A DNA stretch of 59,124 bases from Acidimicrobiales bacterium (GTDB taxonomy: Bacteria > Actinomycetota > Acidimicrobiia > Acidimicrobiales > UBA8190): positions 1 to 59,124 of the forward strand of contig DATGKD010000259.1 in assembly GCA_035294855.1 (NCBI GenBank). Direction: 5' to 3'. Positions 27,055 to 36,996 of the stretch are shown here, piece after piece. Position 1 is the first letter of the stretch, and each line of letters starts with the position of its first letter. Both the position numbers and the translations under genes were made by a program. The notes beneath the pieces are model-generated. The model saw only the letters and a program-made list of their open reading frames with translations. It searched no databases and was not told where the DNA came from.

Positions 27055-27116
27055 CCGGTCCACCCCGGGTCCTCACCGACTGAGCCCTTCAGAGAGAGAC
27101 GAGAAAGCGAGCAGCG

Positions 27117-27497
27117 TTGGCACGAATCGCCGGAGTTGACATCCCCCGCGAGAAGCGGCTCGAGGTGTCCCTGACGTACATCTTCGGCATGGGCACGACA
27201 CGGGCCCAGCAGACCATCGCCCAGACGGGCCTCAACCCTGAGACGAGGGTGCGAGACCTGACGGACGAGGAAGTGACGCGCCTGCGCACCTACATCGATT
27301 CCAACTTCAAGGTCGAAGGCGACCTGCGGCGTGACATCGCCCAGGACATCAAGCGCAAGATGGAGATCGGGTGTTACGAGGGTGTGCGGCACCGCAAGGG
27401 TCTCCCCGTGCACGGTCAGCGGACGCACACCAACGCACGGACGCGCAAGGGACCCAAGAAGACGGTGGCGGGTAAGAAGAAGGTGCGGAAGCACTGA
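27117..27497 (+). CDS. rpsM: 30S ribosomal protein uS13
   Basis: '[14 protein letters not shown]'. TTG start. Confidence 0.96.
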   Translation: MARIAGVDIPREKRLEVSLTYIFGMGTTRAQQTIAQTGLNPETRVRDLTDEEVTRLRTYIDSNFKVEGDLRRDIAQDIKRKMEIGCYEGVRHRKGLPVHGQRTHTNARTRKGPKKTVAGKKKVRKH

Positions 27498-27913
27498 TGC
27501 CTGCCAAGTCCGCGAAGTCCACCAAGTCCGCCGCGGCGCGCCGACCGCGCAAGCGCGAGCGCAAGAACATCGCCTACGGCGTGGCGCATATCAAGAGCTC
27601 GTTCAACAACACGATCATCACGATCTCCGACCACGAGGGCAACGTGCTCGCGTGGGCGTCCGCCGGCAACGTCGGCTTCAAGGGCTCGCGCAAGTCGACG
27701 CCCTTCGCGGCCCAGCTCGCTGCCGAGCAAGCCGCCCGGCGCGCCATGGAGCACGGGGTCCGCAAGGTCGACGTGCTCGTGCGGGGGCCCGGCTCCGGAC
27801 GCGAGACGGCCATCCGGTCTCTGGCCGCGGTAGGCATCGAAGTGGCCGGCATCAAGGACGTCACGCCCATCCCCCACAACGGCTGCCGCCCCAAGAAGCG
27901 GCGCCGGGTCTGA
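27497..27913 (+). CDS. rpsK: 30S ribosomal protein uS11
   Basis: '[18 protein letters not shown]'. Confidence 0.96.
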   Translation: MPAKSAKSTKSAAARRPRKRERKNIAYGVAHIKSSFNNTIITISDHEGNVLAWASAGNVGFKGSRKSTPFAAQLAAEQAARRAMEHGVRKVDVLVRGPGSGRETAIRSLAAVGIEVAGIKDVTPIPHNGCRPKKRRRV

Positions 27914-27922
27914 GAGGACGGC

Positions 27923-28570
27923 ATGGCGCGCTACACCGGACCCGTCTGCCGGCTCTGCCGGCGCGAGCGGACCAAGCTGTTCTTGAAGGGCGAGCGGTGC
28001 TACTCGCTCAAGTGCCCCGTGAGCGAGGCGGTGACGGACCGTCACAGTCGTGCCTACCCGCCCGGTGAGCACGGGCGCGACCGGATGCGCCAGGGGTCGG
28101 AGTACCTCGCCCAGCTGCGCGAGAAGCAGAAGGCCCGTCGCATCTACGGCATCCTCGAACGGCAGTTCCGCAACATGTACGCCGAGGCGAGCCGCCAGCC
28201 CGGGATCACGGGCGAGAACCTGCTCCGCCTGCTCGAGCTTCGTCTCGACAACGTGACCTTCCGGGCGACATGGGGGGCGAGCCGGGCGCAGGCCCGTCAG
28301 CTCGTGCGTCACGGGCACGTGCTGGTGAACGGCAAGCGCGTCACGATCCCGAGCTACCGGGTGCGCCAAGGCGACGTGGTGTCGCTCAAGCCCTCCTCGC
28401 GTGAGCTGTACTTCGTCAGGCGCAATCTCGACACCCTCGACCGGCAGCTGCCGCTGTGGCTCGAGGCCGGCGGGAACCGCACCGAAGTGCGCGTGACGAG
28501 CCTGCCCGAGCGCGAGCAGATCGACGAGCCATTGCGCGAATCACTCATCGTCGAGCTCTATTCGAAGTAG
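27923..28570 (+). CDS. rpsD: 30S ribosomal protein uS4
   Basis: '[15 protein letters not shown]' and a C-terminal S4 domain. Confidence 0.96.
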   Translation: MARYTGPVCRLCRRERTKLFLKGERCYSLKCPVSEAVTDRHSRAYPPGEHGRDRMRQGSEYLAQLREKQKARRIYGILERQFRNMYAEASRQPGITGENLLRLLELRLDNVTFRATWGASRAQARQLVRHGHVLVNGKRVTIPSYRVRQGDVVSLKPSSRELYFVRRNLDTLDRQLPLWLEAGGNRTEVRVTSLPEREQIDEPLRESLIVELYSK

Positions 28571-28659
28571 GAAGCCCGCGGTGCGGGGCCGGAGGCCCGA
28601 CCGGTCCCAGTCGACCACCACTCCGCACCGGGCACCGACCATCATCAGGAGCCATCCCC

Positions 28660-29598
28660 ATGCTGATCATCCAGCGCCCCAGCGTCGAAGCCGTCGGCGA
28701 AGAAGAGGACAGCCGCCAGCGTTTCGCGGTGAGCCCACTCGAGCCGGGCTTCGGTCACACCCTCGGCAATTCGATCCGGCGGACCTTGCTCTCGTCCATT
28801 CCCGGAGCGGCGGTGACCCAGGTGCGCTTCGACGACGCCCTGCACGAATTCACCACGCTGCCCGGGGTGAAAGAGGACGTCACCGACATCATCTTGAACC
28901 TGAAGGACATCGTCTTGCGGGTCCAAGGTGATGAGCCGCTGACGCTGCGGATCGACAAGCGCGGGCCCGGGGAGGTCAGCGCGGCCGATCTCCAGGCCAC
29001 CGCCGACGTGGAGATCCTCAACCCGGACCTGCACATCGCCACGCTGAACCCCAAGGGCCGGCTGGCCATCGACGTCACCGTCGAGCGCGGCCGCGGCTAC
29101 GCGTCGGCCGAGCGCAACAAGCGGTCGAACACCATCGGTGTCATCCCCGTCGACTCGATCTTCTCGCCGGTGCGCCGTGTGGCGTTCAGCGTCGAACCGG
29201 TCCGAGTCGAGCAGTCGACCGACTTCGACCGCCTGGTGCTCGACATCGAGACCGACGGCTCACTCACCCCGCGCGAGGCGCTCGCATCCGCCGGCGACAC
29301 ACTGCGCTCGCTCGTGGGCCTGGTCGCCGAACTGGAGGAGGAGCCCCAGGGCCTCGAGCTCGGCGAGGTGGGGACGACCTCCAGCGGCTCCCCCGATCTG
29401 GACCTTCCCATCGAGGACCTCGACCTGTCCGAGCGCCCGCGCAACTGCCTGAAGCGCGCCCAGGTGAACACGATCGGCGAACTGGTCGAGCGCACGGCGG
29501 ACGACTTGCTGGCCATTACGAACTTCGGCCAGAAGTCGCTCGACGAGGTGATCCAGCGCCTGGACGAGCGAGGCCTGTCGCTCCGCATCAAGGACTGA
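28660..29598 (+). CDS. rpoA: DNA-directed RNA polymerase subunit alpha
   Basis: The ATG at 28660 follows AGGAG. 'FAVSPLEPGFGHTLGNSIRRTLLSSIPGAAV'. CTD 'LSERPRNCLKRAQVNTIGELV'. The upstream 68 codons of the track ORF were rejected. Confidence 0.95.
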   Translation: MLIIQRPSVEAVGEEEDSRQRFAVSPLEPGFGHTLGNSIRRTLLSSIPGAAVTQVRFDDALHEFTTLPGVKEDVTDIILNLKDIVLRVQGDEPLTLRIDKRGPGEVSAADLQATADVEILNPDLHIATLNPKGRLAIDVTVERGRGYASAERNKRSNTIGVIPVDSIFSPVRRVAFSVEPVRVEQSTDFDRLVLDIETDGSLTPREALASAGDTLRSLVGLVAELEEEPQGLELGEVGTTSSGSPDLDLPIEDLDLSERPRNCLKRAQVNTIGELVERTADDLLAITNFGQKSLDEVIQRLDERGLSLRIKD

Positions 29599-29605
29599 GG
29601 ACCGG

Positions 29606-29959
29606 ATGCGCGGTACGCCCCGGCGGGGACGCAGGCTCGGCGGCGACGCCGCCCACGAGAAGGCGATGCTGGGCAACCTGGTCGCTTCGCTCATCGCCGC
29701 GGAGTCGCTCGTCACCACCGAGTCCAAGGCGAAGGCGCTGCGTCCGGTGGCCGAGAAGTGCATCACCGCCGCGGTGAAAGGCGGCGTCCACCGTCACCGC
29801 CACGTGGTGTCGCTCATCCGTGACAAGGACATGGCGCACAAGTTGTTCGAGGAGATCGGCCCGCGCTACTCCGACCGCCCCGGTGGCTACACCCGCATCC
29901 TGAAGCTCGGCCCGCGCCAGGGCGACAGCGCGCCGATGGCGCGCATCGAGCTGGTTTGA
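29606..29959 (+). CDS. rplQ: 50S ribosomal protein bL17
   Basis: 'GGYTRILKLGPRQGDSAPMARIELV'. Confidence 0.95.
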   Translation: MRGTPRRGRRLGGDAAHEKAMLGNLVASLIAAESLVTTESKAKALRPVAEKCITAAVKGGVHRHRHVVSLIRDKDMAHKLFEEIGPRYSDRPGGYTRILKLGPRQGDSAPMARIELV

Positions 29960-30873
29960 CCCTGTTCGACCCGGACCTCGCGCCCGCCGCCGAAGCGGGC
30001 ACCGAGGCCGGACGACGCGGCGCCGACCCCGGACGGCGCGGCGCCGACCCCCGGGGGCACGGCACCGACCCCGCCCACCGAGACTCCGCCGCGGCCGTCC
30101 GGTTGCGCCTCACCGTGGCGTACTCGGGCGAAGGGTTCCGGGGCTTCGCCGCGCAGCCCGGCCAGCGGACCGTGGCGGGGGAGTTGGCGAAGGCGATCAC
30201 GACGGTCACCGGCGCGTCGGTCGAGCTCGGTTGCGCGGGGCGGACCGACGCAGGGGTGCACGCGACCGGCCAGGTCGTGCACGTGGACGTCCCTCCGGGC
30301 ACGGACGCGGACCGAGTGGTGCGCTCGGTGAACGCCATGCTGGGGCCGAAGGTGGTGATCCGGGAGGCATCGATCGTTTCCCGTGGATTCGACGCCCGGC
30401 GATCGGCGCTGTCGCGGCGGTACCGCTACCTGATCCTCGAGGCCGACGCCCCCGATCCCCTGCTGGCGCCGATCGCCTGGCTGGTGGCGGGGCCCCTCGA
30501 CCTGCGGGCCATGACGGCGGCGGCCGACGCGCTGCTGGGCGAGCACGATTTCCGGGCCTTCTGCCGGCGCGTCCCGGGGACCCCGGCGGGGACGCCGATC
30601 CATCGCCGGGTGATCGACGCCCGGTTCTCGCGGGTCCCGGTGCCCGCGGGCGAGCTCGGCGACGGCGCGCGCCTGCTGCGGTTCGACATCGAGGCGGTCT
30701 CGTTCTGCCACCAAATGGTCCGCTCCATCGTGGGTGTCCTGGTCGACGTGGGCCGGGGGCGCCGGCGCGTGTCCGACGTCACCTGGCTGCTGGGAAGTGG
30801 AGACCGCTCGCGCGGTGGCGTCCTCGCCCCCCCGCACGGGCTGTGCCTGACGGCGGTCGCCTACCCCTCTTGA
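29956..30873 (+). CDS. truA: tRNA pseudouridine(38-40) synthase TruA
   Basis: 'CAGRTDAGVHATGQVVHVD'. TTGA overlap with rplQ. The N-terminal ~45 aa are low complexity, so the start is uncertain. Confidence 0.85.
   Translation: MTLFDPDLAPAAEAGTEAGRRGADPGRRGADPRGHGTDPAHRDSAAAVRLRLTVAYSGEGFRGFAAQPGQRTVAGELAKAITTVTGASVELGCAGRTDAGVHATGQVVHVDVPPGTDADRVVRSVNAMLGPKVVIREASIVSRGFDARRSALSRRYRYLILEADAPDPLLAPIAWLVAGPLDLRAMTAAADALLGEHDFRAFCRRVPGTPAGTPIHRRVIDARFSRVPVPAGELGDGARLLRFDIEAVSFCHQMVRSIVGVLVDVGRGRRRVSDVTWLLGSGDRSRGGVLAPPHGLCLTAVAYPS
30010..30051 (+). repeat. In-frame 21-nt tandem duplication (GRRGADP x2) in the truA 5' region
   Basis: ggacgacgcggcgccgacccc / ggacggcgcggcgccgacccc: adjacent units with 1 mismatch. 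Confidence 0.9.
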
Positions 30874-30884
30874 CCTGGTCACTC

Positions 30885-30913
30885 TTGTGGGGCGCGGCGC
30901 GGCGGCGTATCCT
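30885..30913 (+). promoter_or_regulatory. Candidate sigma-70-type promoter for rplM-rpsI
   Basis: TTGTGG-N17-TATCCT, about 115 nt upstream of the rplM GTG. Sequence match only. Confidence 0.3.
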
Positions 30914-31026
30914 TGCCGGTCGGCCATCTCCCGGCGCCTGGTTCGTCGGCGGGCGCCCCTGGCTGGCATCGAGCCGATCGGCGCAGTCCGCGCCGTCCCG
31001 GCCCGGGAAGCAGCAAAGGAACATCT

Positions 31027-31476
31027 GTGCGGACCTTCTCACCCAGACAGAACGACATTGCCCGTGCGTGGCACGTGGTCGACGCCGACGGCCTCGTCCT
31101 CGGCCGGCTGGCCACCGAGGTCGCGTCGCGCCTGCGCGGCAAGCACAAGCCCGTGTTCGCCCCTCACCTCGACACCGGTGACCACGTCATCGTCGTGAAC
31201 GCCGCCAAGGTCGTCACCACCGCCGACAAGCGCGACAAGAAGGTCGTCTACCGGCACAGCGGCTACCCAGGGGGCCTCAAGATGAGCCGGTACTCCGACT
31301 TGCTGGCGTCGCGCCCCGAAGAGGTCGTGAGGCGAGCGGTGCGGGGCATGCTGCCGCGCACGCGTCTCGGGCGGCGCCAGCTGACGAAGCTGAAGGTGTA
31401 CGCCGGGCCCGACCACCCCCACCAGGCTCAGCAACCGCAGCCCCTGGACCTGCCGGACGCGCGCCGGCGCCCCTGA
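31027..31476 (+). CDS. rplM: 50S ribosomal protein uL13
   Basis: The GTG at 31027 follows AAGGA. '[32 protein letters not shown]'. Confidence 0.93.
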   Translation: MRTFSPRQNDIARAWHVVDADGLVLGRLATEVASRLRGKHKPVFAPHLDTGDHVIVVNAAKVVTTADKRDKKVVYRHSGYPGGLKMSRYSDLLASRPEEVVRRAVRGMLPRTRLGRRQLTKLKVYAGPDHPHQAQQPQPLDLPDARRRP

Positions 31477-31507
31477 GACTCCACCGATCACTGCGACAGG
31501 ACACGAC

Positions 31508-31918
31508 GTGGCCACCAAGACCAAGCTCCCCGCTCCGTTGAACCAGAGCACCGGCCGGCGCAAGGCCGCCGTGGCCCGCGTCCGCTTCAGGCCGGGCCAG
31601 GGCACCATCACCGTCAACCGGCGCGCGCTGGACGACTACTTCACCTCGGCCACCCACCGGATGGTGGTGACGGAGCCGATGCGGGTCGTCACCCTGGCGC
31701 GCGGCTATGACATCGACGCCACCATCGACGGCGGCGGCGTGTCGGGGCAGGCAGGCGCGCTCCGGCTCGGCATCGCGCGCTGCATCGTCGAGGTGGAGCC
31801 CGAGTTGCGGCCTACGCTCAAGAAGGCGGGACTCCTCACCCGGGACGCGCGTGAGAAGGAGTCCAAGAAGTACGGTCTCAAGAAGGCCCGCAAGGCACCG
31901 CAGTACTCGAAGCGGTAG
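31508..31918 (+). CDS. rpsI: 30S ribosomal protein uS9
   Basis: 'GGGVSGQAGALRLGIARC'; ends 'KKARKAPQYSKR'. Confidence 0.96.
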   Translation: MATKTKLPAPLNQSTGRRKAAVARVRFRPGQGTITVNRRALDDYFTSATHRMVVTEPMRVVTLARGYDIDATIDGGGVSGQAGALRLGIARCIVEVEPELRPTLKKAGLLTRDAREKESKKYGLKKARKAPQYSKR

Positions 31919-31924
31919 CCGGCC

Positions 31925-33268
31925 GTGGGGGTGCAGTTCGGCACCGACGGCATCCGAGGGGTTGCCAACGCCGAGCTCGGCGCCGAGCTCGTTCTCGCAC
32001 TGGGGCGCGCCGCGGCGCGCGCCCTGCCCGCGTCGTGCTTCCTCGTCGGACGGGACACCCGTCGCTCGGGGCCGCTGCTCCAGGCCGCGTTGTCGGCCGG
32101 TCTGGCGAGCGAGGGCGCGGACGTCGTCGACCTCGGGGTGCTGCCGACCCCCGCCGTGGCGTGGCACGCGGCGCACCGCCGCGTGCCCGCGGCGGTGGTC
32201 TCCGCCTCGCACAATCTGTTCACCGACAACGGCGTGAAGCTGTTCGCCGCGGGAGGCCTCAAGCTGCCCGACGCCGCCGAGGAGCAGATCGAGGCCGAGC
32301 TCGAGCGCGTGCTGCACGGCGAGCCGGTCGCGTCCCCCCTGACGGGCCATGGCGTCGGGCGCTTGACGGCCGAGCCGGACGCGGCCGCCGGATACGTCGA
32401 CCACCTGGTCGGTGTGCTCGAAGGCAGGGACCTCGGTCAGATGCGGGTGGTGGTCGACGCCGCCAACGGAGCCGCCTTCGAGGTCGCCCCCGCCGTCCTC
32501 CGACGGCTCGGGGCGGAGGTGCACACGCTGTCGTGCGAGCCTGACGGCGCCAACATCAACGACGGTTGCGGGTCGACGCACCCCGAGCGTCTGGCCGACG
32601 AGGTGGTGCGGACCGGCGCGGAGGTCGGTCTCGCCTTGGACGGCGATGCCGACCGATTGCTCGCGGTCGACCACACGGGCGCCATCACGAGCGGCGACGA
32701 GCTCCTCGCGCTGTTCGCCGCCGATCTGCGCGACCGGGGACGTTTGCGCGGCAACGCCATCGTCGTGACCGTCATGTCGAACCTCGGTCTCCGCTTGGCG
32801 ATGGACGAGCTCGGGGTGGCGGTGCGCGACACCCCGGTGGGCGACCGCTACGTCCTCGAGGCGCTCGACGGCGAAGGTCTCGTCCTCGGGGGCGAGCAGT
32901 CGGGACACCTCGTGTTCCGGGATCTCGCCACCACCGGAGACGGCGTGATGACCGGACTGCTCCTGCTCGACCTCGTCCGGCGGCGCGGTCGTCCCCTCGC
33001 GGAGCTGGCGCGCGGCGCCATGCAGCGACTGCCTCAGGTGCTCGTCAACGTGGCCGTGCCCCGTCCGGCCGAGACGGTCGCCCTTCCCACGGTGCAAGCC
33101 GAGGTGGCCGAGGTCGAAGCCGAGCTCGGGGCCCGGGGCCGCGTGGTGCTGCGGGCGAGCGGCACGGAGCCGCTCGTGCGGGTGATGGTCGAAGCCTCCG
33201 ACGAGCAGACCGCCAGGGCCGCCGCCGGGCGACTCTCCGCGGCCGTCGAACGGGCTCACCGAAACTGA
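31925..33268 (+). CDS. glmM: Phosphoglucosamine mutase
   Basis: 'FGTDGIRG' and active-site 'SASHNLFTDNGVK'. Confidence 0.95.
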   Translation: MGVQFGTDGIRGVANAELGAELVLALGRAAARALPASCFLVGRDTRRSGPLLQAALSAGLASEGADVVDLGVLPTPAVAWHAAHRRVPAAVVSASHNLFTDNGVKLFAAGGLKLPDAAEEQIEAELERVLHGEPVASPLTGHGVGRLTAEPDAAAGYVDHLVGVLEGRDLGQMRVVVDAANGAAFEVAPAVLRRLGAEVHTLSCEPDGANINDGCGSTHPERLADEVVRTGAEVGLALDGDADRLLAVDHTGAITSGDELLALFAADLRDRGRLRGNAIVVTVMSNLGLRLAMDELGVAVRDTPVGDRYVLEALDGEGLVLGGEQSGHLVFRDLATTGDGVMTGLLLLDLVRRRGRPLAELARGAMQRLPQVLVNVAVPRPAETVALPTVQAEVAEVEAELGARGRVVLRASGTEPLVRVMVEASDEQTARAAAGRLSAAVERAHRN

Positions 33269-33274
33269 GGTCGA

Positions 33275-33311
33275 CGACCCACTACCAGGTCCCCGGGTCG
33301 TAGCCTGGTAG
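33275..33311 (+). promoter_or_regulatory. Two mutually exclusive hairpins in the glmM-glmS spacer, one covering the SD-like GGTAGG
   Basis: Helix B pairs CTACCAGG (33282-89) with CCTGGTAG (33304-11) and ends 4 nt before the glmS ATG. Helix A pairs ACGACCC (33274-80) with GGGTCGT (33295-301) and overlaps helix B. Confidence 0.3.
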
Positions 33312-33315
33312 GCCT

Positions 33316-35178
33316 ATGTGCGGGATCATCGGCGCCACCGGGGGGAGCGACGTCCTCGACGTCCTGCTCCAAGGGCTCAGTCGCCTCGAGTACCGCGGCT
33401 ATGACTCCGCGGGGGTGGCCCTCCAGAGCGACGGCTCGTTGTGGCGGGCACGCGCCGCGGCCGGCACGCAGTCGCTCGTGGACCTCCGCAAGGTCGTCGA
33501 GGAAGGCCCTCGCCACGTGACGGCGGGCATCGGCCACACCCGCTGGGCGACCCACGGTCATCCCACCGAAGAGAACGCGCACCCCATCTTCGACTGCACG
33601 AACACGGTGGCCGTCGTCCACAACGGGATCATCGAGAACTGGCGTGAGCTCGCCGCCCGCCTCGCCGACGAGGGGCACGAGCTCACCTCGCAGACCGACA
33701 CCGAGGTCCTTGCCCACCTCATCGAAGAGGAATTGTCCGGAGGGGCGTCGCTCGGCGACGCCGTCCGCTCCACGTTGCGCGAGGTGCGGGGTGCGTTCGC
33801 GCTGGCCGTGGTGAGCGCGGGGCAGCCGGGCACCATCGTGGCGGGCCGTCGGGTCTCCCCGCTCATCATCGGCCTGGGGGACGACCACGGCAACGGCGCG
33901 GAGGCGCTGTTGGCGTCGGACATCCCGGCGCTGTTGGGCCGGGCTCGCCGCTTCTGGGTCCTCGACGACGACCAGGTCGTCGAGATGCACCCCGGCACTC
34001 TGCGAGTGACGACCCTCGCTGGCAAGGAAGTGGAGCCGAAGGAGCTCCACGTCGACTGGGACCTCGAGGCCGCCGAAAAGGGCGGCTACCCCGACTTCAT
34101 GGGCAAGGAGATCCACGAACAGCCCCGGGCCGTGTCCGACACTCTTCTGGGGCGCCTGCTTCCCGACGGCACCCTCGGCCTCGACGAGATGCGGATCTCC
34201 GACGACGAGCTGCGTCAAGTCGACAAGGTATTCGTGGTGGCGTGCGGGTCGAGCTACCACGCGGGGATGGTCGCCAAGTACGCCATCGAGCACTTCGCGC
34301 GCCTGCCGACCGAGGTCGACATCGCGTCCGAGTTCCGGTACCGGGACCCCGTTCTGGACCACCGGACACTCGTCGTCGGCGTGAGCCAGTCGGGCGAGAC
34401 GATCGACACCCTGCAAGCCATGCGCGAAGCCCGCCAGTGGGATGCGCGCGTCCTGGTCATCTCGAACGTGGTCGACTCTTCGATGGCCCGTGACGCCGAC
34501 GGGGTGCTGTACACGCGGGCTGGGCCCGAGGTGGGGGTGGCCGCCACGAAGACCCATCTCACCCAGGTGGCCGCGCTCGAGCTGCTGGCGCTGTACCTGG
34601 CGCAGCTCCGCAAGACCATCACGCCGGATGACGAGCGGAAGTTGTTCGCCAGCCTTGCCGGGCTCCCCGATCTCGTGGAACGGGCGCTGTCGCCGGAGCG
34701 CGACGCCGAGGCGGCCACGGTGGCCGAGCGGTTCGTCGATACGCGCGACTTCTTCTTCCTCGGGCGCCACGTGGGTTTCCCCGTGGCGCTCGAAGGCGCG
34801 CTGAAGCTGAAGGAGATCTCCTACGTCCGGGCCGAGGGTTATCCGGCGGGTGAGCTCAAGCACGGGCCGATCGCGCTCATCGAGCCGGGGACGGCGGTGG
34901 TGGCCGTGGCGACGCGTACCGACCTGTGGGAGAAGATGATGGCCAACGTGGCCGAGGTGAAGAGCCGGGGCGCCACCGTCGTGCTGGTGGCCAACGAGGG
35001 CGACGACGAGACGGCGGCACAGGGTGACGAAGTCCTGTGGGTGCCCCGCACCGTCGCGCACTTCGCGCCGTTGGTGGACGTGGTCCCGCTGCAGCTGTTC
35101 GCGTATCACCTCGCGCGGCTGCACGGACACGATGTCGACCGGCCCCGCAACCTGGCGAAGACCGTCACGGTGGAGTGA
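33316..35178 (+). CDS. glmS: Glutamine--fructose-6-phosphate aminotransferase
   Basis: 'MCGIIGA' N-terminal nucleophile Cys, two SIS domains, C-terminal 'LAKTVTVE'. Confidence 0.97.
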   Translation: MCGIIGATGGSDVLDVLLQGLSRLEYRGYDSAGVALQSDGSLWRARAAAGTQSLVDLRKVVEEGPRHVTAGIGHTRWATHGHPTEENAHPIFDCTNTVAVVHNGIIENWRELAARLADEGHELTSQTDTEVLAHLIEEELSGGASLGDAVRSTLREVRGAFALAVVSAGQPGTIVAGRRVSPLIIGLGDDHGNGAEALLASDIPALLGRARRFWVLDDDQVVEMHPGTLRVTTLAGKEVEPKELHVDWDLEAAEKGGYPDFMGKEIHEQPRAVSDTLLGRLLPDGTLGLDEMRISDDELRQVDKVFVVACGSSYHAGMVAKYAIEHFARLPTEVDIASEFRYRDPVLDHRTLVVGVSQSGETIDTLQAMREARQWDARVLVISNVVDSSMARDADGVLYTRAGPEVGVAATKTHLTQVAALELLALYLAQLRKTITPDDERKLFASLAGLPDLVERALSPERDAEAATVAERFVDTRDFFFLGRHVGFPVALEGALKLKEISYVRAEGYPAGELKHGPIALIEPGTAVVAVATRTDLWEKMMANVAEVKSRGATVVLVANEGDDETAAQGDEVLWVPRTVAHFAPLVDVVPLQLFAYHLARLHGHDVDRPRNLAKTVTVE

Positions 35179-35597
35179 CCGGGACCGGCCCCGGACCCGC
35201 CGCAGCGGGTGTGCGAGGCATCGGCGTGGACGCCGTCGACGTGGTGCGGTTCCGACGGGTGATCGAGCGGAGGCCCGCCCTGGTCGATCGCGTGTTCACG
35301 GCGTCCGAACGCCGCGACGCAGAACGCGGCGGCGATCCGGGGCCGCGTTTGGCGGCCCGTTTCGCCGCCAAGGAAGCGGTGTGGAAGGCGCTCGGCGTCG
35401 GGGTGGGCGCCGTCGGCTTCCGCGACGTGGAGGTGGTCCGCCAAGACGGGGGGGCGCCGACGTTGTCGTTGTCCGGCCGTGCCGCCTCCCTCGCCGCTCA
35501 ACGCGGTGTCAGTCGTTGGCACGTCTCGTTGACCCACACCGGCACCGTCGCGGTGGCGAGCGTGGTCGCCGAGGGCCTGCCCCACGGGGAGCTCTGA
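35175..35597 (+). CDS. acpS: Holo-[acyl-carrier-protein] synthase
   Basis: 'GIGVDAVDVVRF' and 'FAAKEAVWKALG'. GTGA overlap with the glmS stop. Confidence 0.88.
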   Translation: MTGTGPGPAAAGVRGIGVDAVDVVRFRRVIERRPALVDRVFTASERRDAERGGDPGPRLAARFAAKEAVWKALGVGVGAVGFRDVEVVRQDGGAPTLSLSGRAASLAAQRGVSRWHVSLTHTGTVAVASVVAEGLPHGEL

Positions 35598-35598
35598 C

Positions 35599-36996
35599 GT
35601 GCTGGCGGTTCTGAGCGTCGAGGAGATGCGCGCCGTCGACGCCCGCGCCCTCGCCCGGGTGAGCGAGGAGACGCTCGTCGAACGGGCCGGCACCGCGGTG
35701 GCGACCGCGGCCTTGCGCCTGCTCGGTGGCACCTACGGCCGGCGGGTGGTGGTGGTGGCCGGCAAGGGCAACAACGGTGCCGACGGACGCGTGGCCGCCG
35801 ACCGGCTGCGCCGCCGCGGGGCGCGGGTGACGGTGGTGGACGCGGCCGACGCTCCCGAGCACATCGGGCCGGCGGGGGTGGTCGATCTCGTCGTCGACGC
35901 GGCGTACGGCACGGGTTTCCGGGGGACCTACCGGGCGCCGTCGGTCCCGGCCGGGGTGCCCGTTCTGGCGGTCGACATTCCCTCGGGGGTGGACGGTGAC
36001 ACCGGCGAGGCCTCGGGGGAGCCGCTGCGTGCGGACGTGACGGTGACGTTCGCGGCCTACAAGGCCGGCCTGCTGCAGGGCGCCGGCCCCACACTCGCCG
36101 GACGAGTGGTCGTCGCCGACATCGGCCTGGACGTGAGCGGGGCGCGCGCGTGGGTCGTGGAGGACGCCGATGTCGCCGCGCTCGTGCCGGACCGCCCGCG
36201 CGATGCGTACAAGTGGCAGTCGGCGGTCGCCATGGTGGCCGGTTCCCCGGGGATGACGGGCGCGGCCGCGCTGTGCGCCCGGGCGGCCTACCGCGCCGGG
36301 GCGGGAATGGTCCGGCTCGGGATCCCGGGGCAGGTGGGCACGGACCTGCCCGTGTCCGAGGCCGTCGGGGTGGCGTTGCCGGCGACGGGGTGGACGGACC
36401 CGGCCCTTCAGATGACCGAGCGCTGCCGGGCGCTCGTGGTGGGCCCCGGGCTGGGGCGGGCGCCCTCCACCGTGGCCGATGTCCGGTCCACGGTGGAGCG
36501 CGTCGGCGTGCCGACGGTCGTGGACGCCGACGGCCTGTACGCCCTCGCCAGCGGGGAAGAGCTCGCGGCGGTGGTGGCCGGCGGCGCGGCTCACGGCGGG
36601 CGGCCACCGGCGTCGGTCATCATGACCCCCCATGACGGTGAGTTCGCCCACCTGGCGGGACGCCCCCCGGCCGCCGACCGGATGGGCGAGGCCCGCCGCC
36701 TGGCCGCCTCGAGCAGGGCGGTCGTGCTCCTGAAGGGGCCCGTCACGGTCGTCGCCCACCCCGACGGCCGGCTGCTGTGCGCCACCGCGGGGTCGCCGCG
36801 GCTCGCCACCGCGGGGACCGGCGATGTGTTGTCGGGTGTGATCGGAGCCTTCACGGCGCGTGGCCTCGACCTGTGGCACGCGGGGGCGCTGGGCGCGCAC
36901 GTCCACGGCCGCGCGGCCGAGCTCGGCCCCCACCAGGGCCTGGTGGCGGGAGACCTTGCCGACCTGGTGGCGCGCTGGCTGTCGTGCGAGCGGTGA
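35599..36996 (+). CDS. nnr: Bifunctional NAD(P)H-hydrate repair enzyme (epimerase/dehydratase)
   Basis: YjeF-N 'VVVAGKGNNGADGRVAA'. C-terminal kinase-like 'GTGDVLSGVIGA'. Confidence 0.9.
   Translation: MLAVLSVEEMRAVDARALARVSEETLVERAGTAVATAALRLLGGTYGRRVVVVAGKGNNGADGRVAADRLRRRGARVTVVDAADAPEHIGPAGVVDLVVDAAYGTGFRGTYRAPSVPAGVPVLAVDIPSGVDGDTGEASGEPLRADVTVTFAAYKAGLLQGAGPTLAGRVVVADIGLDVSGARAWVVEDADVAALVPDRPRDAYKWQSAVAMVAGSPGMTGAAALCARAAYRAGAGMVRLGIPGQVGTDLPVSEAVGVALPATGWTDPALQMTERCRALVVGPGLGRAPSTVADVRSTVERVGVPTVVDADGLYALASGEELAAVVAGGAAHGGRPPASVIMTPHDGEFAHLAGRPPAADRMGEARRLAASSRAVVLLKGPVTVVAHPDGRLLCATAGSPRLATAGTGDVLSGVIGAFTARGLDLWHAGALGAHVHGRAAELGPHQGLVAGDLADLVARWLSCER

Noticed and set aside
33269-33315. 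glmS ribozyme upstream of glmS
   Set aside because: Only 47 nt separate glmM and glmS, far too short for the ribozyme core, and no ribozyme-like conserved segments were seen.
31277-35130. 660-aa and 624-aa minus-strand ORFs opposite glmM and glmS. The same applies to 39568-41439, 48638-51127, 50824-52731 and 56670-58583 on the minus strand, and to 50760-52757 on the + strand.
   Set aside because: All overlap strongly supported genes in another frame or on the other strand, have low-complexity Arg/Pro/Gly-rich translations, and lack SD or coupling signals.
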